A stretch of 64,000 nt of DNA from Azolla caroliniana (Eukaryota; Plantae; Polypodiophyta). Made by a program: the position numbers and the translations under genes. The DNA is taken from the NCBI GenBank assembly GCA_043228905.1, contig JBHGNT010000014.1:8618001-8682000 (forward strand), in the 5' to 3' direction. Below, piece after piece: positions 1-10,400 of this stretch. Under the pieces are notes generated by a model. That model saw nothing but the letters and a program-made list of their open reading frames with translations, did not search any database and was not told where the DNA came from. Every line of letters starts with the position of its first letter. Position 1 is the first letter of the stretch.

Positions 1-940
1 GTTTCGAAGCAGGTTTCGGGGTGCCGTCCGTTGCTCTTCCCCGCTTCTTGGTTTGGACGGGCTCGACCGGTGGTGCCAACAGGGTGGGCCATTGTGTCAC
101 CGCATGCCATATTTTTCGGCCTTCCTTGCCGTCCTTTCCTCTTACTATATCAATGGCCATACATAGCCCGTCGGCGATCAACACCGGCCAGTCTACCTTG
201 ACCCCTTCGTACGTTGCGATGATCAAGCCTGCTCGGTTCTGAGGCATGACGGGGGCTCGAGGGTACACGTGGCCGAACTCGTTGAGCACACAGGCAATTT
301 CGCGGAATAGCATATCTTCGCTGCCCTGTGTCCTGTAGCCCTTGCTGGCTAGAGAGTACTCACCGAAATATTTGATGAGTTGCTCGGAGGTAGGATTGTC
401 GATCGTGTAGATACCTCCCTCCGGAAGGCCTATTAACGCACGGATCGCCTCCTCTGTGATCACCTCTGTGTTGATTTCTTTTATAATCTTTTCGGCCTCC
501 TTGTGTGGCGCTGCCTCCATGATCGTTAAGAAACCCTCCTGACCGTGTTGTCGTAACCATTTCTTGGCGGCTTCAGAGAACGTTTGGCAGTCCATCTCTG
601 CGTCGAGGTCGGAGAGCGTTGGCGAGGTTTGATGGTGGGGAGAGTGTGAGAGAGAAAGTTCTGAGGGAGGGGGTTCTCTGTGTGCGAGCTCTCTACGATT
701 TATCTTCACGCGTCGCTCTGTGTCTGTTCTCCTTGGTTCGCGATAGGAGAAGGTCTCGATGCGTGGGGGTTTTTCTCTTTGCATCTTGGCGCCTTCTTCG
801 AGCCTCCGCATGTGCAGGTCGTGTACTATAATAGCATTGCGTGCCATGTGGCGGTGGTTTAATGTCCTATTCATAGCTCCTCGTACCTTTTCGACGTGCC
901 TCTTTACTCCTCATGTGCATGGCCGTTTCCACCACTCCTT
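1..940 (-). pseudogene. G1 accessory ORF remnant (homolog of the N-terminus of G2 4363-7362)
   Basis: 1-600 aligns by eye with 6475-7080 (FSEAAKKWLR.., ITEEAIRALIGLPEGG, YEGVKVDWPVLIADGLCMAID); contains frameshifts. Confidence 0.85.
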
Positions 941-1196
941 TCCATGATTTCTTTGATTCGCTCCTTTATTCTCTTTTTCTTTTTCTTTTTTTCTTTTTTT
1001 TTTTATATAACTTACTTGTGTGGTTAGTTTTTCTCCGGTCCTGTCGGACCCTTGCCCGAAGCGTGCAACTTGCCGGCCTCTTGACGGTTTGCCGTCGTTC
1101 TGCTCTCCTCGGTTGCCGGCTCATGCTCCTCCTTACTGGCTTGGTGGTAGCTGTCGTCTTCACCGGTTGCTGTTATGGTTGGCCTGTCGGCGTCTA

Positions 1197-3890
1197 ATTC
1201 GGTGGCGGCCTTTCGTTCAAATGGGTTCTTAGGCATAGGTCCTTTGTATGGTTTTAGTCTAAATCTGTTGACCTATTTGCCCAACACTTCTCCGGCAAGT
1301 GTCCCCAACTGGTAGGACCCATTGAACTCGCGTGTGATCCAATACGGTTCGGTTCATCTAAACCATAGTTTACCTGGCATTTTGCCCATCCGGGTCTGGA
1401 ACACGAGTACTGGCTTGTCGGTTCCGAACATCTTTTCGTTTCCCTTCCAGTGCCGATCTACAAATGCTTTCCGTCTTCGTTGTTCCAATTCCAGGTGCAT
1501 AATGCTCGCCCTTCGGAGTTCTTCTAGTTCGCACAGAGCCTTTAACCGAATTGCCTCCGATTCCTTTTCGTTCAATCGTTCCCGAATCTGAATCCGTAAG
1601 CTTGGTACATGGAACTCGACCTGCATGACTGCCTCCAATCTGAATGCTAACCAGAACGGTGTTGTTCAGATGCTTGTTTTGTACGTTGTTCGGTAAGCCC
1701 AGAGCGCACTGTGCAGCTTCGTATCCCAATATGTCTGATTTTCATTGACGATCTTCCGGAGGATATTCTGGAGCGTTTTGTTCGTCGTCTCAGCTAACCC
1801 ATTTGCTTGCGGATAGTACGGTGTGCTTCGTTTATGTACTACCGCATAGAATGTCGTCAAACTTTCTACCACCTGTCCAAGAAAGTACCCTCCTTGGTCG
1901 CTTATCAGCTCTATGGGGCATCCATACCGGCACTAAATGCATTCGTATAAGAATTTCGCCGTTGACGCCGCGGTGTTGTCTCGTAGGGCTTTCGCTTCCA
2001 CCCACTTAGTGCAGTAATCCGTCGCGATGATCACATACCGGTTGCCAGTTCTCATTGCCGGTGATTTAAATGGCCCGACGAAATCCAGCCCCCATTTCTG
2101 GAATGGTTCTAGTGGTAGGACTGGCACATCCAAGCTTGTTCCATTGGCTGACCCATTCGTTGGCATAGATCACACTCCTTCGCATACCGGACTGCATCTT
2201 TCAATGTGGTCGGCCACCATAGGCCACTTTGCCATACTTTCCTTGCCGTCGCATCTCCAGCATAATTGCCTCCGGCGACTCCACAGTGTGCCTCCCGTAG
2301 TATTACCTCCTTCTCGTCGTTGCGCACCGCTCGTCACCAGATACCTTCCGCACCTTTGTGGTATAGCGTGTCCTGTAATAAACAGAAGTGTCGGCTCTGT
2401 ACCGCCAGGCATTTTCTCTCGTCCCGGTTCATCTCCTCCGGAGGCAATCCGATACTCAGAAACTGGTGCATATTAGTTAGCCACTTATCTTCTTGTGCCA
2501 CCATTTCATCTATTGCCGTTTCCGTGGTGACTCGAAAAAGCTTTGCATCCGGAAACTCGTCCGGTACTCCGTCACCTGTCTCCTCGGAATCTAACCGGCT
2601 TAGATAATCTGCTACCGCATGCTGTATGCCGGGTCGGTGGAATATCTCGAATTCGAACTCTTGCAACAAAGTCCACCGGGCCAACTTACCGGTAAGTGAC
2701 GCTTTGGATACTAGGTAGAGGAGTGCCGAATGATCTACATGGAAGGAGAACTTTCTTCCCAATAAATAATGCCTGAATTTTGTTACACTGTAGATCATTC
2801 CTAAAGCTTCCCTTTCCATGGTAGAATAATTTCGTTCCGCTTGAGATAGCTTCCGGCTGGCATAGTACACTGGCCGGTACCACCTTGGCTCGGTAAGCTG
2901 CATAAGCGCGCTGTCGATTGCGATATCGGAAGCGTCCACGAACACATGAAACTCTTTACTCCAATCCGGAGGTTGCACTACCGGTGCTTGTGACAATAAC
3001 ACCTTTAGTGCCCGATACGCCTTGTCTTCGATGTCGGTCCATTGGAACAATGTTCGATGTATTGCCGCATGCAGAGGTGTAGCCAGGTCTGCCAAATATC
3101 GGAGCATACGGCTATGCCAGCGGATTTGTCCTAGGAAACGACTCAATGCCTTTGTCGTTACCGGTGCCAGTGCTTCCAGGATTGCTTTCACTTTGTCTGG
3201 ATCTACGGCAATGCCTTCCTTGCTCACTATATGCCCTAGTAGCGTTCCGTTGGACACTCTAAATACACACTTCGCCGGATTCAGGCTTAGCCGGTAGCCC
3301 TACACTTCTCTAGACATAGTCTGAGATTTTGCAAATGATCTTCTTCTCTGCTATAGACGGCGAAATCGTCAAGGAACACCTGCATAAAAGCCGGTATGTA
3401 TTCGCCAAAGATCTCCATGATGATCCGTTGGAATGTTGTTGGTGCCGTTTTCAGTTCGAACATCATCACCACTACAACAAACACTCCCCATTCGGTGACG
3501 AAAGCCGTTTTCTCTTGATCCTCAGGGTGCATCCGGATCTGATTATACCCGCTGAATCCGTCTAAGAAACTGTAGACTTGATGGCCGACGACGACATCCA
3601 AAACTCCATCCGTAAACGGAAGTGGAAATGCATCCGTTATCGTTGCCAGATTGAGCTTCTGGTAGTCGACACAAACTCTAATTTTGCCGTTCTTTTTCGG
3701 TACGACTACGATCGGGCTCAACCATGTAGATTTCTTTACGGGATGGATGAAGCCAACCCTCAACAATTTGTCGATCTCCTCCTTGACTTTGGCGGCGTAG
3801 TTTGGGTTCATCCGGTATCGACGCTGTGCTACCGGCTTGGCGTCTTTGCTCAGATGTATCTGGTGCTGATACAACTGAGGATCCAGGCCT
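1197..3890 (-). pseudogene. G1 pol remnant (RT, RNase H, integrase)
   Basis: ORF pieces 3287-3874 (RT, FLDD), 2334-3257 (RH, DAS..YYASRKL), 2109-2327, 1933-2166, 1666-1872 and 1354-1638 (INT); multiple frameshifts and stops. Confidence 0.93.
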
Positions 3891-4310
3891 TGTTATTCGC
3901 TTAGCCGGACAAGGCCTAACACAAGGTGTCACGGAGACACTTCACCAAAGGGTGATTACGGCATAGGATTAAGATTCAACGATTACACCGACTTACGTAG
4001 GTTACACGATTAGATTGCTTTGGTTAATTACACGCGTAAGATATAACAGTGATTACAGAACGGAAATCAAGACAGAAGTATAAACATCATAAGCTCTATT
4101 AATTATCCGCTGTCATTACAATGGGGTCCGGGCCTTTAAATAGGTTTCCGGCCCGTAGTACAAAACGGTGCCTCTCGCACCTATTCGGGATCCGTCCGGA
4201 TCTGGAACGGCATACCGTTTCCAGTCCGTCCGTCCACACTATGCTCATTTACAACCATATCTAATTAATTCCTTCACTCCGTATTTTGGACTCCTTGCCG
4301 GCCGGTAACA
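3891..4310 (-). repeat. G2 3' LTR
   Basis: Direct repeat of 13329-13748; TG..CA ends; TATA-like CCTATTTAAAGG on the minus strand near 4133-4144. Confidence 0.97.
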
Positions 4311-4312
4311 CA

Positions 4313-4329
4313 TGGCACGCCCGTGGGAC
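4313..4329 (+). other. PBS-like sequence TGGCACGCCCGTGGGAC at the PPT position (tRNA-Arg(UCU) 3'-end copy on the genomic RNA strand)
   Basis: Begins 2 nt inside the 3' LTR. The minus strand reads GTCCCACGGGCGTGCCA-TG-[LTR], versus plant tRNA-Arg(UCU) 3' end GUCCCACCGGGCGUGCCA as I recall it. No purine tract abuts the LTR. Confidence 0.7.
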
Positions 4330-4362
4330 AGTACCTTGTACGTCGAACCCTTCTCGGCCCCT

Positions 4363-7362
4363 TCATTGTTCACCCAAATTGTCCAAATTACTTTGTTCAA
4401 GAATTTCCACTTGTTCTTCCGGTTGTGGTTGTTGCGGCTGTGCTTGCTGCTGCTGCTGTGGTTGCGGTTGGGACTGAGGTTGCTCCGGCTGCTCTACTTG
4501 CTGCTGCTGCTCCGTTTGTTTTGCTGACTCCGGCTGCTCCGTTTGTCTCTCTGGCTCCGGCATCTCCGTTTGACTGCTTCCGGTCCGGTCTCCTTCCAGT
4601 AAGGGTTCCTCATTACTGAGGTTGACCGTAACTGGTTCTCGTTCTTTCTCTCCCCGGATCCGGGACCTCTCGTAGCTTTCAAACTGGATCTGCGCCTCCA
4701 GCCTGTCGTCGTCCAGCTGAGCTACAAGTTGCCGGACTTGCTCTAGTTGGTCCTCTGCCAAGGCTTGAAAGTCTTCGGCCAGCTCATCTCTTATGCCGGT
4801 GAAATCTTCAGAATTCAGCATATAGCAATCATCTCCCTCCTTCCGCCGGTTCTCTACGTCGGCCCGGAGCAATTGGAGTTCCGCCGCGTTCGTGGCCCAC
4901 TTGGTCCACCATTTGACGGAACCGTTGTCAATCAAGCTTTTGGTCTGGTTCAACCAGGCCCGCATTATATCCTGGATGCGACTTGCTCCCATTTGCGCTC
5001 TGCTTTCCACCACTTGTCGCTCCTCCTTCAACTGCTTGATGAGGTTTGCCGTATCCTCCGCCTGCTCTCTGTAGCGCGTCAGCTGCCCTTGATATGTCGT
5101 TTGCAGCCTCTGCAGTACCTCCGCCGCTCTTTCTTTTTCCGCCTGCTGTTGCTTGAGGAGCTCTGTCCGAACCTTCTCCGCCTCTTCCAACCGTCTTCTG
5201 TTTTCCGCTTGTTCCTTGGCGAATGCGGTTGCGGTCCGATCAACTGCTTGCCGGAGCTCATCCGTCCGTTCCTTGTGCTCCGTTTGCAACCGTTTATACT
5301 CCCGGTGCAATTGCTCAAATTCCTCCGTTTTTTGTTTGAGCTTGCCGTTGATCTGGCGATGGTTCCGGTCCTCCCGGTCCTTTACCTGCCGGAGTTCCTC
5401 TTTCAGGCGCTCTACTTCTGTTTCGGCGTTCCTCCGGAGTCTCTCCTTCTCTTGCAGCATTTTCTCCTTCTCCTCCTTGAGCCGGTCGTACGCTTGGTGG
5501 CCTTTTCGTAAGCTCTCCTCGGCCCGCCGTAGATTCTCAGCAGTCTTTTTGAGTTCTGCCTCCGCTGCCGTCTTCAATTCTCTTTCGCGGCTCCTCAGCG
5601 CTTCTTGGGCAGCTAGCTCATCCTTTAAATCCGCAAGCTCTTGGGCTTGTGCCGCATTTCTCTCCGGAACGGTTTCCGTTGCCGGGGTCTGATTGCTATG
5701 TACAGGTTGATTTGACACTTTATTCTGTACATTGCCCGGAGTCACCGGTGCTTGGACTTGTGTTGTCAAAGCGAATTGAGCCATTTCCCTTGTGACCCTG
5801 TCCAAGTCTTGTTCAAGGCTCCGGATTCTGGACCGGGCCGTCTCTAGATCTACGGTTGTGACGAGCAACCGTTCCTGGTGCGCTCTCTCTTCCGCCTCTA
5901 TATACTCGACCGCTCCGGCGATTTGCTCGCCTACCCACCGTAGCCACATGCTACTGGTGCCTTGTTGCTGTACTGGTCGGGTCGGCTCATTCCCTGTGGA
6001 ATTGTCTGGCCTGAGTGCCTGCATATGCCGTTCTGGTTCTACTCCTTGGCCGCCGTGTGCTCTGGCTGGGCTCACCGGCTGTTGTGTTCCGGTTCTCGCC
6101 GTCTCCGGAGCCGTTGGACTGACTTCTTCTATAGAAGTCGACAAGACCGGTTCCCTACGCACCGGTTCCGGTTCTTCCCTTGTGGTTTGCTCAGGTTGAG
6201 TTGGGGGCGTTTCTGCCTCTCGCGGGTACGACCGCTCCCCTCCTGTCTCGACGGTCCTACTTCTTGACCGTCGTTGGAGGTGCTCTTCTGGCTCCTCCGT
6301 TTCCTCTTCCTGTGTCACGGCATGTTTCTGTGCCGTCAAGGGTTCCGGTTCCTTCTGTCCCGGTCTCCGTAAGGTTATCTTGACGGGTCGGACCGGTGAC
6401 ACCTCCTCCGGTTCTGGGACCCGTTTCTTCCCTTTCGTCGCCTTCGACGCCAGCAGCTGCTGTCGTTTGGACGCCGGCTTCGAGGTGCTTCCTTCCGATA
6501 CTCTTGGCCGCTTCTTTGGCTGGACGGTCTCGACCGGCGGCACGAGCAATGTTATCCATTGAGCTACGGCGTGCCACAGCTTCCGGCCCTCCTTGCCGTC
6601 CTTCCCTCGTATCATGTCGATTGCCATGCACAACCCGTCTGCAATCAACACCGGCCAGTCCACCTTGATCCCTTCATAGGTGGCTATGATCATCCCTGCC
6701 CGATTTTTTGGCATGACAGGGGGTCGGGGGTACACGTGACCGTACTCATGGAGCACTCGAGCTATCTCCCTGAATAGCGGATCTTCGCCGCCCTGCGTCC
6801 GATAGCCTTTGCCGGCAACAGAGTACTCACCGAAATATCGGATGAGTTGCTCCGAGGTTGGGTTATCGATCTGAAAGATTCCTCCCTCCGGAAGGCCTGT
6901 TAGCGCGCGGATCGCTTCCTCGGTGATGACCTCTGTGGCGAGCTCCTTGATGACCCGGTCGGCTTCTCTGTGCGGCGGTGCCTCCATGATGGCCAAGAAC
7001 CCCTCCAGTCCGTTTTGCCTGAACCATTTCCTGGCCGCTTCCGACAGTGTTTGTGGTTCCATGTCTGCTTCAAGGTCGAGGGAAGATGGCGAGGTAGAGT
7101 GGTGATGAGAGTGAGAGCGAGAGAGAGAGCGTTCTGAGCGCGGGGGTTCTCTGCGTGCAGGTTCGCGTTTGCTCAGCTTCCACTGTCTTGGTGCTTCTGT
7201 GCTTCTTGGCTCGCGAAATGAAAAGGTCTCCATGCGTTCTGCTTCTTCTTTGTGCGTTTTGGCGCCTTTTTCGAGCATGCACACGTCGTGTACCAATTTA
7301 GTATTAAGTAGCGTGGCGTCTCTTAAATGCCCACTACGTACCTTTTCGCTCCTTGCTTTCAC
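4363..7362 (-). CDS. G2 accessory ORF, 999 aa: plant-mobile-domain/Transposase_32-like N-terminal region, disordered linker, long coiled coil, Q-rich tail
   Basis: Intact ORF between pol and 3' LTR; motifs GLEGF, ITEEAIRALTGLPEGG, KVDWPVLIADGL; E/K/R/Q-rich heptad region ~aa 480-900; start codon uncertain (track start is GTG). Confidence 0.8.
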   Translation of the reverse strand: MKARSEKVRSGHLRDATLLNTKLVHDVCMLEKGAKTHKEEAERMETFSFREPRSTEAPRQWKLSKREPARREPPRSERSLSRSHSHHHSTSPSSLDLEADMEPQTLSEAARKWFRQNGLEGFLAIMEAPPHREADRVIKELATEVITEEAIRALTGLPEGGIFQIDNPTSEQLIRYFGEYSVAGKGYRTQGGEDPLFREIARVLHEYGHVYPRPPVMPKNRAGMIIATYEGIKVDWPVLIADGLCMAIDMIRGKDGKEGRKLWHAVAQWITLLVPPVETVQPKKRPRVSEGSTSKPASKRQQLLASKATKGKKRVPEPEEVSPVRPVKITLRRPGQKEPEPLTAQKHAVTQEEETEEPEEHLQRRSRSRTVETGGERSYPREAETPPTQPEQTTREEPEPVRREPVLSTSIEEVSPTAPETARTGTQQPVSPARAHGGQGVEPERHMQALRPDNSTGNEPTRPVQQQGTSSMWLRWVGEQIAGAVEYIEAEERAHQERLLVTTVDLETARSRIRSLEQDLDRVTREMAQFALTTQVQAPVTPGNVQNKVSNQPVHSNQTPATETVPERNAAQAQELADLKDELAAQEALRSRERELKTAAEAELKKTAENLRRAEESLRKGHQAYDRLKEEKEKMLQEKERLRRNAETEVERLKEELRQVKDREDRNHRQINGKLKQKTEEFEQLHREYKRLQTEHKERTDELRQAVDRTATAFAKEQAENRRRLEEAEKVRTELLKQQQAEKERAAEVLQRLQTTYQGQLTRYREQAEDTANLIKQLKEERQVVESRAQMGASRIQDIMRAWLNQTKSLIDNGSVKWWTKWATNAAELQLLRADVENRRKEGDDCYMLNSEDFTGIRDELAEDFQALAEDQLEQVRQLVAQLDDDRLEAQIQFESYERSRIRGEKEREPVTVNLSNEEPLLEGDRTGSSQTEMPEPERQTEQPESAKQTEQQQQVEQPEQPQSQPQPQQQQQAQPQQPQPEEQVEILEQSNLDNLGEQ

Positions 7363-7434
7363 ACCCGTTCATACCTCGATTTTTAATGATTTTTAATGAT
7401 TTTTTTATTTTTTTTTTGATGACGGTGTGTGACC

Positions 7435-10400
7435 TTACCCATCCGTAGGTCCCCTCGGACCCTTACCGTTTTCCTTACGGGTTGCCGTGTCTTCCTTCGC
7501 CTCTGCTACTGGTTCCCCGTCGTCTTTTTCTTCCGGACCGATACGTACCGATCCCGGTGTAGTGCCGGTGAGCTGCATAAACGGGTTCTTTGGCATCGGT
7601 CCTTTATAGGGTTTTAGACGAAATCCATTTACCCACTTGCCTAGTACTTCACCGGCAAGTGTCCCTATCTGATAGGACCCGTTGTATTCCCTTGTCAGCC
7701 AATACGGGCCTGTCCATCTGAACCGGAGTTTAACCGGCATTTTGCCCATCCTCGTTTGGAATACTAGAACCGGCTTTCCGATTTCGAACATCTTTTCGTT
7801 ACCTTTCCGGTGACGGTCAACGAACGCTTTCCGTCGTCGTCGCTCCAGTTCCATGTGGAGGATGCTGGCCAGCCGTTGCTCCTCCAGTTCGCATAGTGCT
7901 GCTAGCCGCATTTCCTCCGACTTCTTTTCATTCAGCCGTTCCCGTAGTTGGATCCGTAAGCTTGGTACCTGAAACTCGACCGGCATGACCGCTTCTAAGC
8001 CGAATGCTAGCCGGAACGGCGTTGTCCGGATACTTGTTTTGTATGCCGTTCGGTACGCCCATAGCGCACTATGGAGCTTTGTGTCCCAGTCCGTCCGGTT
8101 TTCATTGACAATTTTGCGGAGAATGTTCTGCAGCGTTTTGTTGGTGGACTCTGCTAACCCGTTCGCCTGTGGGTAGTACGGTGTGCTTCGTTTATGGACC
8201 ACGGCATAGAACGTTGTTAAGCTTTCCACTACCTGGCCAAGGAAGTGGCCTCCTTGGTCGCTGATTAATTCAATCGGACATCCATACCGGCACCAAATGT
8301 TTTCGTACAGGAATTTTGATGTGGATGACGCGGTGTTGTCTCTCAGGGCCTTAGCTTCCACCCATTTCGTGCAATAATCCGTTGCCACGATGACATAACG
8401 ATTACCCGTTCTCATTGCCGGTGGCTTGAACGGTCCGACAAAATCCAATCCCCACTTCTGGAATGGCTCTAGTGGAAGTACCGGTTGGTGTGGCATCCGT
8501 GCTTGCTCCGTAGGCTGGCCCATTCGTTGGCATAGGTCACATTCCTTAGCATACTTGACGGCGTCTTTTAACGTCGTGGGCCACCACAAGCCGCTCTGCC
8601 ATACTTTCCTCGCCGTCGCTTCCCCGGCATAGTGTCCTCCGGCAACCCCACAGTGTGCTTCCCGTAAGATTACTTCTTTCTCGTCACTTCGGACTGCCCG
8701 TCTCCATATTCCATCTGCTCCCTTGTGGTAGAGAGTGTCCCGTAATAGACAGAAATTGCGGCTCTGCACCGCCAGTCGTTTCCTCTCGTCCCGGTTCATT
8801 TCCTCCGGTGGCAGGCCCGTGCTTAGGAACTGGTGCATGTTTGTCAGCCACCTATCTTCTGATGCCACCGTGTCGTCTGCTGCCGTTTCCGGGGTAATAC
8901 GGAATAACTCTGCGTCCGGGAATTCATCCGCTACTCCGTCGCCTGCTTCTCCGGACTCTAACCGGCTCAAATAGTCCGCTACGGCATGCTGGATACCGGG
9001 CCGGTGGAAGATCTCGAATTCGAACTCCTGCAACAGCAAGGTCCAACGGGCCAATTTACCGGTTAGGGACGCCTTGGACACTAAGTACAGAAGCGCCGAG
9101 TGATCCACATGAAAGGAGAACTTCCTTCCCAATAGGTAGTGCCGAAACTTTGTGACACTGTAGATCATGCCCAGGGCCTCCCGTTCCGTCGTTGAATAGT
9201 TCTTCTCCGCTTGGGACAGCTTCCGGCTGGCATAATATACCGGCCGATACCATTTGGGCTCCGTAAGCTGCATTAAGGCGCTGCCAATAGCGATGTCGGA
9301 CGCGTCCACGAACACGTGAAATTCCTTGCTCCAATCCGGAGGCTGCACGACGGGTGCTTGCGATAAAAGTACCTTCAGGGCATTGTATGCCTTATCCTCC
9401 GTATCCGTCCATTGGAACGGTGTCCGATGTACCGCGGTGTGTAATGGTGTAGCCAAGTCAGCCAAGTGACGGAGCATCCGGCTGTGCCACCGGATCTGTC
9501 CTAAGAATCGGCTTAGTGCTTTGGCCGTTTTCGGCGCCGGTGCCCCTAGTATGGCGTTTACTTTGTCCGGGTCGACCGCAATGCCCTCCTTACTTACAAT
9601 GTGTCCCAGCAATATTCCACTTGAAACCCCAAAGATGCATTTTGCTGGGTTTAAGCTTAGCCGGTATAACCTACACTTTTCAAGGCATAACCGTAGGTGC
9701 TGCAAATGGTCTTTTCCCCGGCTATAGACTGCAAAATCATCCAGGAAAACTTGCATGAAGGCAGGAATGTATTCGCCGAAGATCTCCATGATGATTCGCT
9801 GGAAAGTTGCTGGTGCCGTTTTTAGGCCGAACATCATGACTTCGGCCACAAACACCCCCCATTCGGTGACGAACGCTGTCTTCTCCTGGTCGTCGGGGTG
9901 CATTCGGATTTGATTGTATCCGCTGAAGCCGTCTAAAAAGCTATAAACGTCATGGCCGGCGACGGCATCCAGTACTCCATCCGTGAACGGAAGAGGGAAT
10001 GCATCCGTAATTGTGGCGGCATTTAGTTTCCTGTAATCTACACACACACGGATTTTACCGTTCTTCTTTGGGACGACGACGATGGGGCTCAGCCACGTCG
10101 CTTTCTTTACCGGCCGGATGAAGCCCACTCTTAGGAGTTTGTCGATTTCCTCCTTCACTTTGGCGGCATAGTTGGGGTTCATTCGGTATCGTCTTTGCGC
10201 CACTGGTTTCGCGTCCTTGCCTAGGTGGATCTGATGCTGATATAATTGAGGGTCCAACCCTCGCATGTCTTCGTATGACCAGGCGAATACGTCGCGAAAC
10301 TCCGTGAGAAGTTTGATCATCGCCGCTTTATCTTCCGGCTTCATTTCTTTGGTGATGTGTACCGGCTTTGATTCGTCCTTGCTTCCTAGGTTCACTTCGT

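Noticed and set aside
4311-4400. Possible tRNA gene (GGGTTCGA...GCCA on the minus strand)
   Set aside because: No D arm, anticodon arm or matching 5' acceptor strand; only a 3'-end mimic, reported as a primer-site finding.
4363-7362. Retroviral env gene
   Set aside because: No signal peptide or transmembrane segment; the protein is highly charged coiled coil.
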